In this document: in pieces, positions 35,206 to 48,762 of the stretch
How positions within the stretch are numbered: position 1 is the first letter of the stretch
Layout of the letters: every line of letters starts with the position of its first letter
NCBI GenBank assembly: GCA_030704615.1
Contig: CM060733.1
Location: forward strand, 44,020,001 to 44,084,000
Direction: 5' to 3'
DNA: 64,000 nt
Source: Takakia lepidozioides
Taxonomy: Eukaryota; Plantae; Bryophyta
Notes under the pieces: generated by a model
What the model was told of the DNA's origin: nothing
The model's input: only the letters and a program-made list of their open reading frames with translations
The model's database searches: none
Position numbers and translations under genes: made by a program

Positions 35206-36673
35206 ATGAGGACAGCAGATCCGACAATGGAGGATGTTGATGCAAGCAGTAGGGCCAGCCCACGCAAAGAAGAAGAAGGAAAGCCAAGCACATGCAATCC
35301 CCGGCGAGAGAGCCGTCACGGCTGCGGAGGGGGGGAGTGAGCAGGGCGCGCGAGCGAGGGTGTCAGTTCACCTCAATCAAAGGTGGTCATCCTAGAGGCC
35401 TCCCCTGCTGCTACCCTAGTAAGAAATAGAAGGCCCGTGAGAGGGCAAAAAGAAGAACAGGCGAGACAGAAGGCTAGCCAGGAGCCAGAGAAAAGAGGAA
35501 AAAGGCCACTGAAGAGGCCAGGGTTGTCGAAATGACAGATGCCCATGTAAGCGAGGGACGCACACAGACGGTGGATCCCTCCAAGACACCACAAAGAGGC
35601 AGTAACACACCGGTTACACCATCGTGGGCAAGAGCAGCCCCCGCAATTACCCATACGGTGGAGACTGGAGGAGGTGAAAGAACACCACAAATTGCACGGA
35701 CTGGTGCAAGTTCGAGGTTGAAGCGACAGAGGCAGAGGGAGAGGGTAGTAGAGTACGGAGAGAGTGCTCCAGGTGTTCCGCCGGAGGATGACCATGTTGA
35801 GGACGACGAGAGGGAGCTTGCTGACAGGATGACATCCTCCCGGAGATCCCCAGGGCCCCAAACCCGGAGCATACAGGCTGGATTTGGTGGTCCAGGTGGG
35901 CTGCCGGAGAACCCCTTTGCAGCAGGACGCCATGTCGGGGCGGATTATGATATGTTGGCCACTGCCAGATGTTGGAGGCAACCCACAGCAACATTGGCAG
36001 GGTCCTGGGGGGGCATGGTGTACCCGGCCAAGCTTCCGATTCCCCTTTGCCGCTTGGTTTCATTGCAGGTGGTGAGACCTGCCCTCCCAGGCAATATCGA
36101 CAAGCTGAAATTCTCTTTCCGGGAGGGATATCGAATGGGGCTGCCGCGTTTTCGTTTCCATGGAGAATGACCACGGAGCTTCTTGTGCCCCACTTCCGAT
36201 GAGGTGGACAAAATGGGGTCCCCATGGGCAAAGGCGAAATGAGGAGTTCGAGAGATTGATTGCTAGTGATCCTCTTTTCCAGCACTTCTCTGGAAAGATG
36301 TTTTACGTGTGGGACGGCAATCATCGCCTCCTGGCATGGATGGAGTACATAGCCCAAGCCCACCCCAACGACCTGGATGGCAATTTCGTTCGTGGTGGAG
36401 TGTGTTGTGCCCAAGGTTGCGGGGCCCAAAGATCACAGTCTTCTCAAAGCGGCAATGGCAGACATCAACTCATAAGTTACAATGCTTCTTGCTTTGGACT
36501 TTGAATTGAAACAGTCATTTCATTGCCATCGTATTATTTGTTGCAAATTTCTCAATTCTGTATTGTTTAAATGGAAATGTGGCATGTGTGGGTGACTGAG
36601 AATGCCTTCATTGCCACCAACTTGTCCCATATGCTATTCCGAGTGAAGGATGTCGGGAAACAGGGGGTGCAAG
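35206..36673 (+). pseudogene. Cargo gene copy 3 (5' part with ParB-like domain), interrupted by an LTR retrotransposon
   Basis: Close paralog of 23355-24790 with many indels; DGNHR at 36313-36327. Confidence 0.85.
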
Positions 36674-39600
36674 TGTCGCGCACCTCACTTCGGTAAACTC
36701 CCCTTCAAGTCACAGTTACTCGCTTGATGCACGCGCCTAACTCCCAAACTGGCCGCCGGGCCAACTCGGAGTTTTCGGCTGCTCACCGGGGCATAATGGT
36801 CCCCTTTTACTCCTCCACTAGACCCTCTCCCAATTTGGGCCTAGTGGAAATTCCCTTTGGTCGATGGCAGTCCGGAATAGCTCCCCACACCTTGGTCGCT
36901 TTCCGGCTCGCACACTTACTCACTAGTTTTTGGACACCAACGGGCTTGCACCGTTTCTCAGGGTTACTACTCCCTATATATACTTCTGTGACTGTCTGCG
37001 GGGGTTTCACAAACAACACCACCATTTTATGGCGAACCACCAAGAAAACCCTTGATTCCTGATGATGAGTCGCGGTGAGTCTTGGCCCACCCACCACGGT
37101 CTCCTTGGACCGTGATGAGTCCCAAGACTCCCCACGACTCCCACCACAAGGTCTCCACCCCATGGTGAGTCCTATGTCACCTCCACTAAGTCCCACTAAG
37201 CTACCACCACCCTTGTGGAGCCACCCCCACCGCAACCCGGTGTGCGGGGCTCCACCTAGTGAGTGCCTCCGCCTCCTCGAGTGCCTTGGGCACTCGAGGT
37301 TGCTTCAGCCCCCCGTACTTATTGCTGCCACCGCCCCTACCGCAGGGGCAGCCCCTCTGCGACCCGACCCCCCTGCCCTCAAGGCAAAGGGCCGCGACAC
37401 ACACCCCTACCAACATGGAGTCGATGTCCTCATCGACTTGTCCATTTTTGTAGAAATGAACATCCAAGTTGTGGCGTCCCATATCAAGGAGTTTGTTTCC
37501 GCACCATGGCGTCCCATGGCTAAGAACCAAACCCCACTTGACTCTTCTCTCCACTAGCTAGTTCGGCCGACTTCCTCCAAGTCCCGGCCAAAGGTGGAGC
37601 CTCTCAAGCCTCTCCTAGTGCACTCTTCTTGACCCACTTCAGGGTCAAGGAATTGATCCTCCCGGAGGATCGAATCGCCTTACTGCAACAACATTTTGCT
37701 TGCGACCGCTCGTGATGTCGCTTTTGGCATCACCTTGAGCAAGGGTTCACCTTGAACCCCTTTTAACTAGGAAGATAACCTTGAACCAACTGTGCGCCTC
37801 AATCACTACAATTGGGTCCGCTTTGGAATGCTGGCCTGAGGTACGGGAACACACCGAAGCCGCACTACGACTTCCTCCCGAGGCTACACGATTATAGTTA
37901 CTGTGAACGAAGCACGTAGCTTCCGCATTAGCCCGCACTACAAGGCAATCCCCTCAGTAGCGTAGTTATAGTACGCGCACGCGCTAGGTGCGCACTAGCA
38001 CGTGAACTCCCAACGAAGGTGCAAGTTTCCTTGCCCCTTGGGTGGGAGTCACCCGATTTCGGCACTCTACACAAACACACAATTAATCCAATTTTACTCT
38101 CCCACTTTGAAGCTTAGCATGCATTCTACACACTAGCCAACCATACCATGCATTCAACATTCCAAACAAAATAGGACGCACAAACATTTGGAAAAACCAT
38201 TCTTTTATAACAAAATTGTACAATAAAGTTTTTGCAAGTGGATTCCTGAGCTAGCTAAGCCGGGCTAAGCATGCATTTTCCTCCCCACACTCTAGGTTGT
38301 TGTCCCCATCAAACGCTTCTTCCGCTTTTTGAGGTCGCCCTTCGAAAGCTGCAAACCGCCTCGGATGCGTTTCCCATTTCTGAGGCACGCACCCAAGATG
38401 CCTCCACATGATGATAGCCCTTCCATTTCACGAAGGAATACTCCGTTTCTCGATTCTTAAAACCTCCCTCGACTTAAGCACTGCCTCCACCTCGTACTCA
38501 GGTTCATTTTCATGATCCAACAGCACAGGTGCGGACGCAACACTTGAGGCCGATTCGGTACGCGCTTCCATCTTTGAAGTAAGGCTTCAAAAAATGAGAC
38601 GTTGGAATACCGGTGCACCTTGTTGTTTGCCGGCAGCTCCAATTCATACACATCCTCATTTCATAACCCTTCCGGATGCGAGAAAGGGTCTCGCGTACGG
38701 AGGTACGAAACTTCGGACTCACTTCTGGAGGGTAGTCGAAGTTTTTTGATGTTCAACCAGACCTCCGTGCCTGCCTCAACTTAACCTCCTCCGCTTCCGA
38801 TTCGTCTTTTCTACCGTTATACCGTTTTCCTAGCTTTGGCAATTGTTGTACTTTGCGAGCTTCAACAAACGCTTGCGTTTCTTCCAGCACTGCGCTGCTG
38901 CCGGTTCCTCAACGTCTGGGCGACCCAACTTGTCGGCACCAGAGGTGCTTTTCCAACCAACCCGAAAGGGGAAACTCCTGTTGCGGAATGGTTTGTGTTT
39001 ATTATAAACAGAACCCTGCCGCATCCAAGTGCTCCACCCAGTCCGATTTGGTCTCCCCGACACGTAATTCCGCAAGATCTGCTTCACCACGAATTCAAAC
39101 CTTTCCGTTGGCCGTCCGTCGTAGGTCGAAGGCGGTGCTCATTTTGAGCCTTGTCCCCATTTTCTTCCAAAAGTACCTCCAAATTTAACAGTAAACTTTG
39201 GATCACGGTCCAAGACAATATCCTTCGGGAGTCCATGATGCTGCTTGAAGACGGGGGCGTAAGTAAGTCGCCCCGGTCTCCTCGCCGTTGCCGTCTTCCT
39301 TGGTGGGAATGAATGACCATTTTACTGAACCTATCCACCACCACCATGATTGTGTCGAATCCTTTTGACAGTGGGCATTAGCAGTCATGATATCCATCAA
39401 GACACTTTCCCAAGACCCCTCTGGAATCGGCAAGGGTTGTAACAGGCCCACTTGCTTTTTATGTACTCGCTCCGCGTTTTGTTGGCATGTGGTGCAATGT
39501 CTTGACATACTCCTCGGCCTCCTCCCTCAGTTTGGGCCAGAAATACTCTTTCTTCATGAGTGGCCGCGGTGCGCTGGCTCCGCCGTGGCCCGCAATAGCG

Positions 39601-39786
39601 GGGCCATCATGACATTCTCTCAAGAGACTATTCTATGATCCCTCCCATCGGCACATAGAGACGTTTTTGCTTATACCAGAGCAATCCATTTTGCAAGTGG
39701 AACTGCGATTTAACCCCCATCCTCAAGTCCCGCGTCACGGACTTCGCCATCTCATCAATTCCGCTAAGCCTTCCGAATCTTCCTTT
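36674..39786 (-). mobile_element. 3' part of a Ty3/Gypsy chromovirus (3' LTR 36674-37399, 3' UTR, integrase-chromodomain), cut by the assembly gap
   Basis: LTR TGTCGCG...CGCGACA is preceded on the minus strand by purine-rich GGTAGGGGTGTG. Integrase motifs GLLQPLPIP..WE, MVVVDRFSKM and YELELP; chromodomain-like EYEVEAVL...KWKGY. Confidence 0.88.
38290..39786 (-). pseudogene. pol: Frameshifted integrase plus chromodomain
   Basis: CTTCQQ zinc-finger end, rve-core fragments and a chromodomain fragment appear across frames. Confidence 0.8.
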
Positions 39787-40286
39787 NNNNNNNNNNNNNN
39801 NNNNNNNNNNNNNNNNNNNNNNNNNNNNNNNNNNNNNNNNNNNNNNNNNNNNNNNNNNNNNNNNNNNNNNNNNNNNNNNNNNNNNNNNNNNNNNNNNNNN
39901 NNNNNNNNNNNNNNNNNNNNNNNNNNNNNNNNNNNNNNNNNNNNNNNNNNNNNNNNNNNNNNNNNNNNNNNNNNNNNNNNNNNNNNNNNNNNNNNNNNNN
40001 NNNNNNNNNNNNNNNNNNNNNNNNNNNNNNNNNNNNNNNNNNNNNNNNNNNNNNNNNNNNNNNNNNNNNNNNNNNNNNNNNNNNNNNNNNNNNNNNNNNN
40101 NNNNNNNNNNNNNNNNNNNNNNNNNNNNNNNNNNNNNNNNNNNNNNNNNNNNNNNNNNNNNNNNNNNNNNNNNNNNNNNNNNNNNNNNNNNNNNNNNNNN
40201 NNNNNNNNNNNNNNNNNNNNNNNNNNNNNNNNNNNNNNNNNNNNNNNNNNNNNNNNNNNNNNNNNNNNNNNNNNNNNNNNNNNNNN
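39787..40286. other. Assembly gap (500 N)
   Basis: Run of N. Confidence 1.
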
Positions 40287-43200
40287 TCCTCTGTGACTGG
40301 ATTTTGATTTATCATCTTTAGTGGACTTCCTTGTTGGATAGTCCACTAGGATCACACATGTGACAAGAATTCTGCTTTTCTGTACTTTGCCGGGTTCGTC
40401 CTTTTCCCTTTTTCCGTACTCATTAATGGGCCCCCGCCTTTCATCCCTTTTGACGGCCGTTCTTGTCCTCTTTCCTTTTTGCACTTGTCCTTGCACTTCA
40501 TTGTCCTGCTGTTGTCGCGCCCTGACCTCCACGTGTCTATTTTTAAAGTAAGTTCCGTTTTCCTCTTCCGTCATCCTTTTTCCTGAAGTTATTTATGTGT
40601 CCACTTGTCACTGATTCCTATGGCTGGTGTAACTTTATTAGGCCTGTGTTGAAGCTGTGACCGGCTTGTCATACTCTGTTTTACGCTGTGATAGTTTTGA
40701 TTTGTGAATGCACTTGTGGTACGCTGTGATAGGCTTGACACCTGCTGCGGTAGGTTGTGATAGGCTGTGTTTTGCGCCTGCTGGCTGTGATAGGCTGTGT
40801 CACGCCGTGAATGGGCTGTGATAGTGTGTTGCGCCGTGCTGGGCTGTGATAGGCTGTGTTGCGCCCTTTGCTGGGCTGTGATAGGCTTTTGTTGCGCCTT
40901 ACTGGGTTGTGATAGGCTGTGTCACGTCGTGATGGGCTGATAGGCTGTGTCACGTCGTTATGGCTTGATAGGCTATGTTGCGTTTGTTTTGCCCACCCGT
41001 CATATATGCTGGGCCTAGCGACAAGTGTTCTATCTCCGTTCGTAACACTGGTGCAGCCCGTGACTGGTCCTTGCGGTTCTATATGCAATCATGCTGCAGG
41101 GGTTTGTCAGGATACCACTGTACCCCTTCCACTGCATTGATTCTTCCCAGCATTCCTTTGTTAATGGTTTGTAACATGGCGGTGTTGTTATCATACATCT
41201 TTTTGTATGACATAAGGTCCTTTCCACGTTGGATTTAAGCTTAGAAGCTTGAATCTTTCCTTTCTTCTGCAACCATAGAACCAAATCCCCCGTCTTAAAA
41301 AGTCTTAACTTGCCTTCATCAAACTGTTCCTTTCGCTTCATCTGAATTCTGGTCATATTATCAGCTGCATCAGCACGTACTACTTCCACATGGTATAAAT
41401 TCATGTTTCCTGACCTTGATGGAGTCTTGCAATTCCATTTCTTTTCCCCACTCGGTTCCCTTCTCATGGTAGGTAACAGGAATTCCACTGGATAAGGCTT
41501 CCATGCCATAAACTAATTGGAATGGTGTATACTTAGTGGTGACTTTATATGAAGTCCTGTATGACCACAAAGCTGTCAGCAGCTTTGTCCCAATCCGTTC
41601 TGTTTGCATTGACTATCTTAGTCAAGATAGTACATAGTATTTTGTTGGTAGCCCTCTGCCTGCCCATTACCCTGTGGATAATATGTTGTAACTCTTTCTA
41701 TGCACAATCATAAACTCTTGAGTCAACAACTCAATGGTCTCATTCATGAAGTGACTTCCTTGATCACTGATAAATTCTAAGGCATCCAATCGTGTAAGTA
41801 TGTTCTCGTACAGGAACCTTGCTGTGGACTTGGCTGTGTTGTCCCTCAAAGCTTTTGCTTCCACCCACTTTGTAGTATAATCAGTGGCTGTAATTATGTA
41901 CCTGTTTCGTGTATTCTTGGATGGTGGGTTAATTGGTCCAACAAAAGTCTAGTCCCCATTTCTGAAATGTTCCGTAGGCATTGTAGGATGCAAGGCCATC
42001 CTTCCAGATCTCTGCAAAGGTCCTAGCCTCTGACATTCATCACACTTCGGACAATACTCGTGTACTTCTTGAACACGTAGGCCACCAGTATCCTGCGAGT
42101 AGTATCTTTCTTTCTACTGGTAGTCCTCTTCTCCAAAATGACCTCCAGCTACTCCTTTATGAACTTCCGCCAAAACTTTATTTACTTCATGGTGGTACAC
42201 GCATCGTTTTAGTACTCCATCAGGTCCTACTGCTACATTCTGCTTCCTACCATAGTATAAGGTAAAGCTTGATAGCATTCTCTTCCTCTGCTCCTTACCA
42301 TAACTAGGTGGGCACTAAACCATGAGCAAGGTAGTATCTGATTGGCCACTGCCAATCTACCATTCATCTGCACTGCATTCCTGCACCTCCATTAACAAAT
42401 AAACTCGCATCAGGTAACTGATCGTTCCACTCCTGTGCGGCCTCTCCCCTGTTGTTAGTCGTGACAAATGATCTCTGCCACAAGATGCAAACGGCCATGC
42501 TTGTAAATACCTCGAACTCAAACTCATGCAAGATTATTAACCACCTCGCTATCCTTCCACTTATCAAGGTTTGTTCACCAGATATATCGAGCCTGGTGAT
42601 CCACATAAACAGAAACTTTCTTCCCATAGGTATGCCTGAATTTTCTTGACTGCATAATCATTTCCAATGCTCTCTCTTCCGTTTGCTATAGTTCCTCTCA
42701 GCACGTTTCATCAACCGGCTTAAGCATAGTACACAGGTGAATCTATATTCCCTGTAACATTTTGGGCTACACCGCTCCCAACGCTTCTCCTGATGCATCG
42801 CAATGAACATGAATACTACATGCCATTGAGGGTTAATCATTACAGGTGTAGTTGTTACTGACAGTGTAAGTTCCTCAATGCCTGTTGACATTCAGCTGTC
42901 CAGGCAAACACTGCACTTTCTTCAATAGTTTGCTCAATGTTGCTGCTATTTGTGCATACCTTTTGACAAATCTCCTGTAATAACTGGTTTGCCCAGGAAT
43001 CTCCGTAGACTTTTAACATTCACTGGTGGTGAGAGGCTTTAATGGACTCTGTCTTTCTGGGATCCACAAGGAGTCCCTTCTTCACACAATGTGTCCCATA
43101 AGCACACCCCTGAGTTCACACAGAAAGTACACTTCTCTGGATTCAGGCCCAGACCTCCTCATCCTGCATCTGGCCAAACATAACTCCAATTTATGCAAGT

Positions 43201-46200
43201 GCTCACTCTTAGAGCTATAACACACTGAAATCATCCAAGAATCACACCTGCATGAAATCATCCAGATACTCATGAAAAGATTCACTTATCACTCTCTGAA
43301 AGGTCGCTGGTGCATTACAAAGTCCAAAGGGCATGACTTTGTATGCATAAGCCCCCCAGTCTGTGATGAACGCTGTTTTCCCTTGGTCTTCTTCTGCCCT
43401 TGCACTTGATTACTAACACTGAAGCCATCAGGAATGAGTACACTCTCATGGCCTGCCACAGTGTCCTAATAACTGCTTCTGTGAATGGCAAAGGGAAAGG
43501 ATCTTTCTTCGTACAAGCATTCAGCTTCTTTAGTTTCACACAATACTCTTAGTTTGCCATTCTTCTTGGGAACTATAACAATGGGTGACAAACCAAGTTG
43601 TATCCTCTATTGGGTATAATAATTAGCCTCAGCCAACTTCTTATCTCTTCTCCACCTTCTTTGCGTAGTTGGGATTCATTCTATACCTCGCCTGCTTGAT
43701 TGGTACTGACCCTGGTTCCAGTTCAATCTTATGCTGACAGACTTCAGGTGGTATCCCTTTTAGATCCTCATAGCTCCAGCAAATACATCTCTGTATTTGA
43801 TGAACAGCTTTTAGCTTCTTCGAAAATTCCGGCTCCAAATCAGCTCCTACTTTCACCATCCTCGGTTCCTCTTTAGTTCCCACCTTCCTTCCTCACCTGC
43901 TCATCAGCTGTGATTGTCCAACCAGTCACCACTTCCATCCTGTAAGCTCACAGTGGCTGGTTCTTCTAGATTTTTTTTCCTTCCTTTCTTCATAGAAATG
44001 TGATGGGTAACTGCTGGTTTCTTTTTCAGTTGGTGTTTGCTGTCACTACACCACAGCAGATACCTCTTAATACTTAGGGCTTTCCAGCCGCATCTCTGCA
44101 ACCTGCTCCCACTCTGGGTGTGCAGCACATAGGGTAGCTTCCTGCTCCTCATCCAGTCCTCCTTTCCAGTCATACTCTCTGACTCCTCGAGGTCTTCTTG
44201 TAGCAGGTAATCTACTATATTTCTTTGTGGTAATTTGTATCTCGTGTATCCCATTATGCACGGTTAGTACTGAGAATTCCAGTCATGGAATACCCTGGCC
44301 TGTTCATCATCCATAGACGATCCCAATAATAAGGAGTAAGCCTCCATGACTTCATCCTTTTCAAACACAGTTTGTGACTGGATCATAAAGATCATCTTCT
44401 GTATCTGTATCTTAACTCCTCTTATTAATCCCAATGGCTGTACACTTCTTCTTTGATCTGCCATTGTTACGCCTGTAAATGGGGCTGGTTTCATGTTACT
44501 TAGACCAAGCTTCTTCTCTTATTGGTCTGTCATGATATTTACTCCAGAACCACCATCTATCAGTACATCAGTTAGTTCTGTGCTTCCAATCTCAATTGGA
44601 TTACTGGCATAGAATCATCAAAGTCCATGACTAGTTTCTCGCCTTTCCGGCTTCACAGTTATAACTGGTCACCTTGTTGTTCAGGTCTGTGTCTCCTGTC
44701 TCTTGGGCAATTCGATTGAATTGCTTGATATAGCCTGTGCCTACAATAAGGTTCCACATCTAATAGCTATCCAATGGTAATTTCTCTGCTTTGGTCTGGC
44801 TATTACTTCAGCCAAAGCTCTTCATTACTTTGGCATGTCTGCATCTTCTTTTTTCCTTTCTTCCTCACTCCCTTCTTTTTTTCTCCATCCGATCAGAGGA
44901 ATCTTCCACAGGAATATCAGTACTCTTTCATTTCCCTTATAGTATCTGCCACTTCCCTTGTGCAGTTCCTTCTCTATCTCCCAAGTCTCTTCATCTTCAG
45001 GCATATCATTGCCACTTTTCATTCTCATCTTCTTCCTCTTCTACTGGAGGTATTATTGTGGCTTTACTTCTTGTTACTATCATTGTACTTACTTCTGGTA
45101 CAACACATGGCCTAACCATGTGAGCTGCCACCACTGGCCCTCATTCACAGGAGCTCTCATCTCATTCTGGTGTCTTATCCAGAATGAACAGGCTGCCTTG
45201 CGATTCCTGGCTGATTACAATAGTAACATAGCTCTTCACCATTGGGTCCTCGCCCTTGGTCTGTTCTTGGATTATTCTATAATCCTAATTCCGGGCTGGT
45301 AATTCCCTCCCCCTTGTGATTCCCCTGATAGTTGCCTCTGGAATTTCCTTGGTAATTCCCTCTTGAATTACCTCTCCCTTCCATGCCATTGTTATAACCA
45401 CCAGACCTACCATAGTGGTCCTGCATCATTGTTTCTTCTTGGCTGGGGTGCACCTGATGCACCCCTTACTTGCCTAGGTTCTCTTGCAGCCGTCCTTCTG
45501 TTGTAGTAACAATTCTCAGTAGAATGGGATCCATTTACAGATAGTACAGTTGTTTTGTGTTTTTTTTTTTCTCCTTCATGTGGCATTCTGTGGTGGTATG
45601 GCTTTATTCTGGCACTTTGCACACCATACACCCTTCCTCCAATGTGTTGAAGCCTCTGTGGCATACTTCTTCAAATTTCTTCCAATTTTTTTCATAGTTA
45701 TCCCTCTTCAACTTCTCCTTTCTCTTACTCTTTCTTTTAGTTCTTGCTCTTCTTCTTCAATCTGACTCATCCTCAGAGTCCTCCTCATCTTTTTTTTCTC
45801 TCTCCTGAGCATTCCCAATTGCTCAATTCTGTTCGCAGTTTCAAATGCCCCTCCACTGTAATTATGGGGTAACATATCCACTTTCTTTTGCAACTCTGGT
45901 TTTAATCCACTCCACAAACCAAGTCTTCTGTAAACCGGGCCGGGTACTGCAGCCAGCTTTTTCATCATCAATTCCATCTTCTCCATATACTCTTCAACAG
46001 TTTCATGCTTCTTCTGCTTCACTGTTGTAAACTTCCATACACTTTCATCCTCAGTTTTACTTGTCTATTTCGAAATGTTGTATAGTCAGCCATTCCAGGT
46101 TAGAAATGATTATCAGGGAATCTTGCATACCATTCACTTGCTTTCTTGATAAGTGAACAAGGAAACAGTCTCATCTTGGCATCAATCGCCATTCTCATTG

Positions 46201-47083
46201 TTCACTATACACCTGCTCAAATTGGCTAATGTGTACATCGGGATCCCCTTTTCCTTAATATATTGGAAAGGGTGGTTTTGCCTTGTTGGTTGTACACCAT
46301 CTGTGGCCCTACCTTCTGCCCACTGACAGTGCTGGCACCCTTGCTGGTGCTGGTCCTTCTGGACCCTGTTGTTTTTGTGGTGGATCTTCCACCAAGTGGT
46401 GGCCCTTGAGCACTCCTTGCGTCTGGCCCCACGATATTCACAGTATTCCCGAATTCAATTCCACTTCAGTCCTACTTCCCACACTCCCTGTCCCCCCAGA
46501 GCCAGATCCAGGCAGCCCGCCTGATCCCCCTGAGCCGACACCTTCGTTGGCCTGTGATCCAAGTGCTTCCACTTGATCCAGGTCCAACGGGTTGGGATGT
46601 CCTGGTTGTATTCTCAACCTCAGCTGTTGGATCTACTTTCTTCATATTCTTCTCTTCCCGATTTCTTCTCTCTGTTTTTCATCCTCCATCCAAGTTCTGC
46701 CCTTGGGTTCTTCTTCACGCATGTATCAACTGTAATGGTGGTTGCAGAGTCTGAACTCTCCGTTGGCTCTGCCACAGCCTCTTCTCCTTCTTCATCCTTC
46801 TCTGCTTCAGAAACTGGAGTTCCTTGCTTTTGGTGTTCCATGCAACTCTTATCAAATATTTCTGTCAAATCTTTTATCCAATGATGTACCTCAAGATCTT
46901 TTCACCTCGTGATTGATCTTCTTCCTGTACCAATTCCCTTAAATCTTTCTTGCAAAGAACCAGAAGATTGGCATCCAACTCCTAGTTCTTCCGGTATAGG
47001 TGATGTACTCTTTGATCTTAATGGTGTGGAGAGGTCCAGATGATTCCCCTATGTCTATTCCTCTCTCCAAGATATGGATAATT
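40287..47083 (-). mobile_element. Indel-rich gag-pol body of the non-chromoviral Gypsy family
   Basis: Collinear with 56810-63391 (gag, protease, RT with FLDD, RNase H, integrase, GCTGTGATAGGCTGTG repeats at 40720-40980). Confidence 0.92.
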
Positions 47084-48762
47084 GACACACTCAAGCCACC
47101 CAGCCCGTCACAGTCGTCACACGACATAAACAGGCCAAACAGAAGCCAGTCACAAACGCCCGTCACAGTTTCACACAGCCAGTCACGCTTGACACAGCTG
47201 TCACGATCATAGGGAACGGAGAGCAGGGACAGGGAACGACTGTGGGAAACAACCCTCGAAGGGAACATGTTAGTTCACGACGACGGTTTAGTGAGGGAAA
47301 CGGTTAAACCACGGGTAGGAAGATAAAGGTAGAAGCGGGGAATTTTGGGGATATATCATTCGGAGGGGACTTCTTGGTCATGGAGGAGAGGGAATCGGGC
47401 AGAGATGAAGAACGAAGTGAAGATAGAGAGATGATGAGTAGATGCTTCTATATGCAAGGCTGTAATGATATTGTAGAGCAGATTAGAGACACAATGGCTT
47501 CGGCCTGATACCTGATAAATCATAATCAGATACTTTTACGATACAATCACACTGTGTAGAGAGATCGGTGAAGCTGTGGAATGAATGGATGAGTTGATGG
47601 AATCCAATAGATTGATAAGCAAACTGATACTTAATTATCAATGGTAAGATAGCTAACATGAATGCCAAAGGGAAACAAATAGGAACACCCCCATGATACA
47701 CTAGATGTAGGTCATGACTGATTGTTCTGCGCGGGCTGGTAATTAGAGATTTTCCATCTTCTATCTTGGAGTTTCCGCCTCGAATAGCGAAGGGATGGTG
47801 AGTAAACGCCGCGCGACATTGGCGACCATACTGGGGACTGAGTCATGAACACCAGATGTGACAGCATCTGTGTGTCATGGCGGCGGACCATTAAAGAATT
47901 TGAAGTGAATCAATTCCCTGTGGAACGCAGGAAGAAAGATTGTCCCAACAAATTCTTTCAAAGGTTCTTGGAATGCCAGACGGTTGTATGAAAACTTCTA
48001 AGCGAGTGCATGATGCTTGCTCCGGAATGGGTCCTGGAGAAAGGAGTGATAAAGATTTCAGGTAGCCTGTAGAGGAAGAGCACGTTGGTTACCAACATTG
48101 GTTTATGTGATAGCATTGCCTAAACATTAAGCGAGTAGAGTTTGAAGGCTGGGAAGAACGAAAGGTGAATTTTGATACTCATATGCATGAAGAGCTTGTA
48201 CTGGTAAGAATTGGATTCCAAAGGATATCTTGTGGATCAAACTCACACCAGAACAGCTTTTCAGACTTGTTTCCATATGGTATTATGGTAACGGAACTTC
48301 AAGTATGCCAAGGGTGCATTGAAGCTTTGAAAGAAACCCATGCATATACGAGAGATATTACAGAAGAAGAGTTTTGGTTATTGCCACATTAAAAAATAAA
48401 GACATGGGACATGAGTGATGAAAGAGAAGCTAGACGCCAGAGATATTCAGCAAAAAGAGAACGCTATCTGAAAGCTAATATCCATATTTTGGGAGAGAGG
48501 AATAGACATAGGGGAATCATCTGGACCTCTCACACCATTAAGATCAAGAGTACATCACCCATACCGGAAGAACTAGAGTTGATGCCACTCCTCGTTTTCT
48601 TTGCAAGAAAGATTAAGAGAATTGTACAGGAAGAAGATCATCACGAGGTAAAGATCTAGGTACATCCCTGGATAAAATTTGACAGAAATCTTTGATAAGA
48701 GTTGGCATGGACACCAAAAGCAAGAACTCCAGCTTCTGAAGCGACGGTGAAGAAGGAGAAGC
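47084..48762 (+). mobile_element. Gypsy 5' fragment: partial LTR (to 47818), PBS at 47820, ORF0 and start of gag
   Basis: Near-identical, with indels, to 51950-53330 and to the reverse complement of 63100-63470. Confidence 0.88.

Noticed and set aside
39667-40574. ORFs spanning the N run
   Set aside because: Artefacts of the assembly gap.
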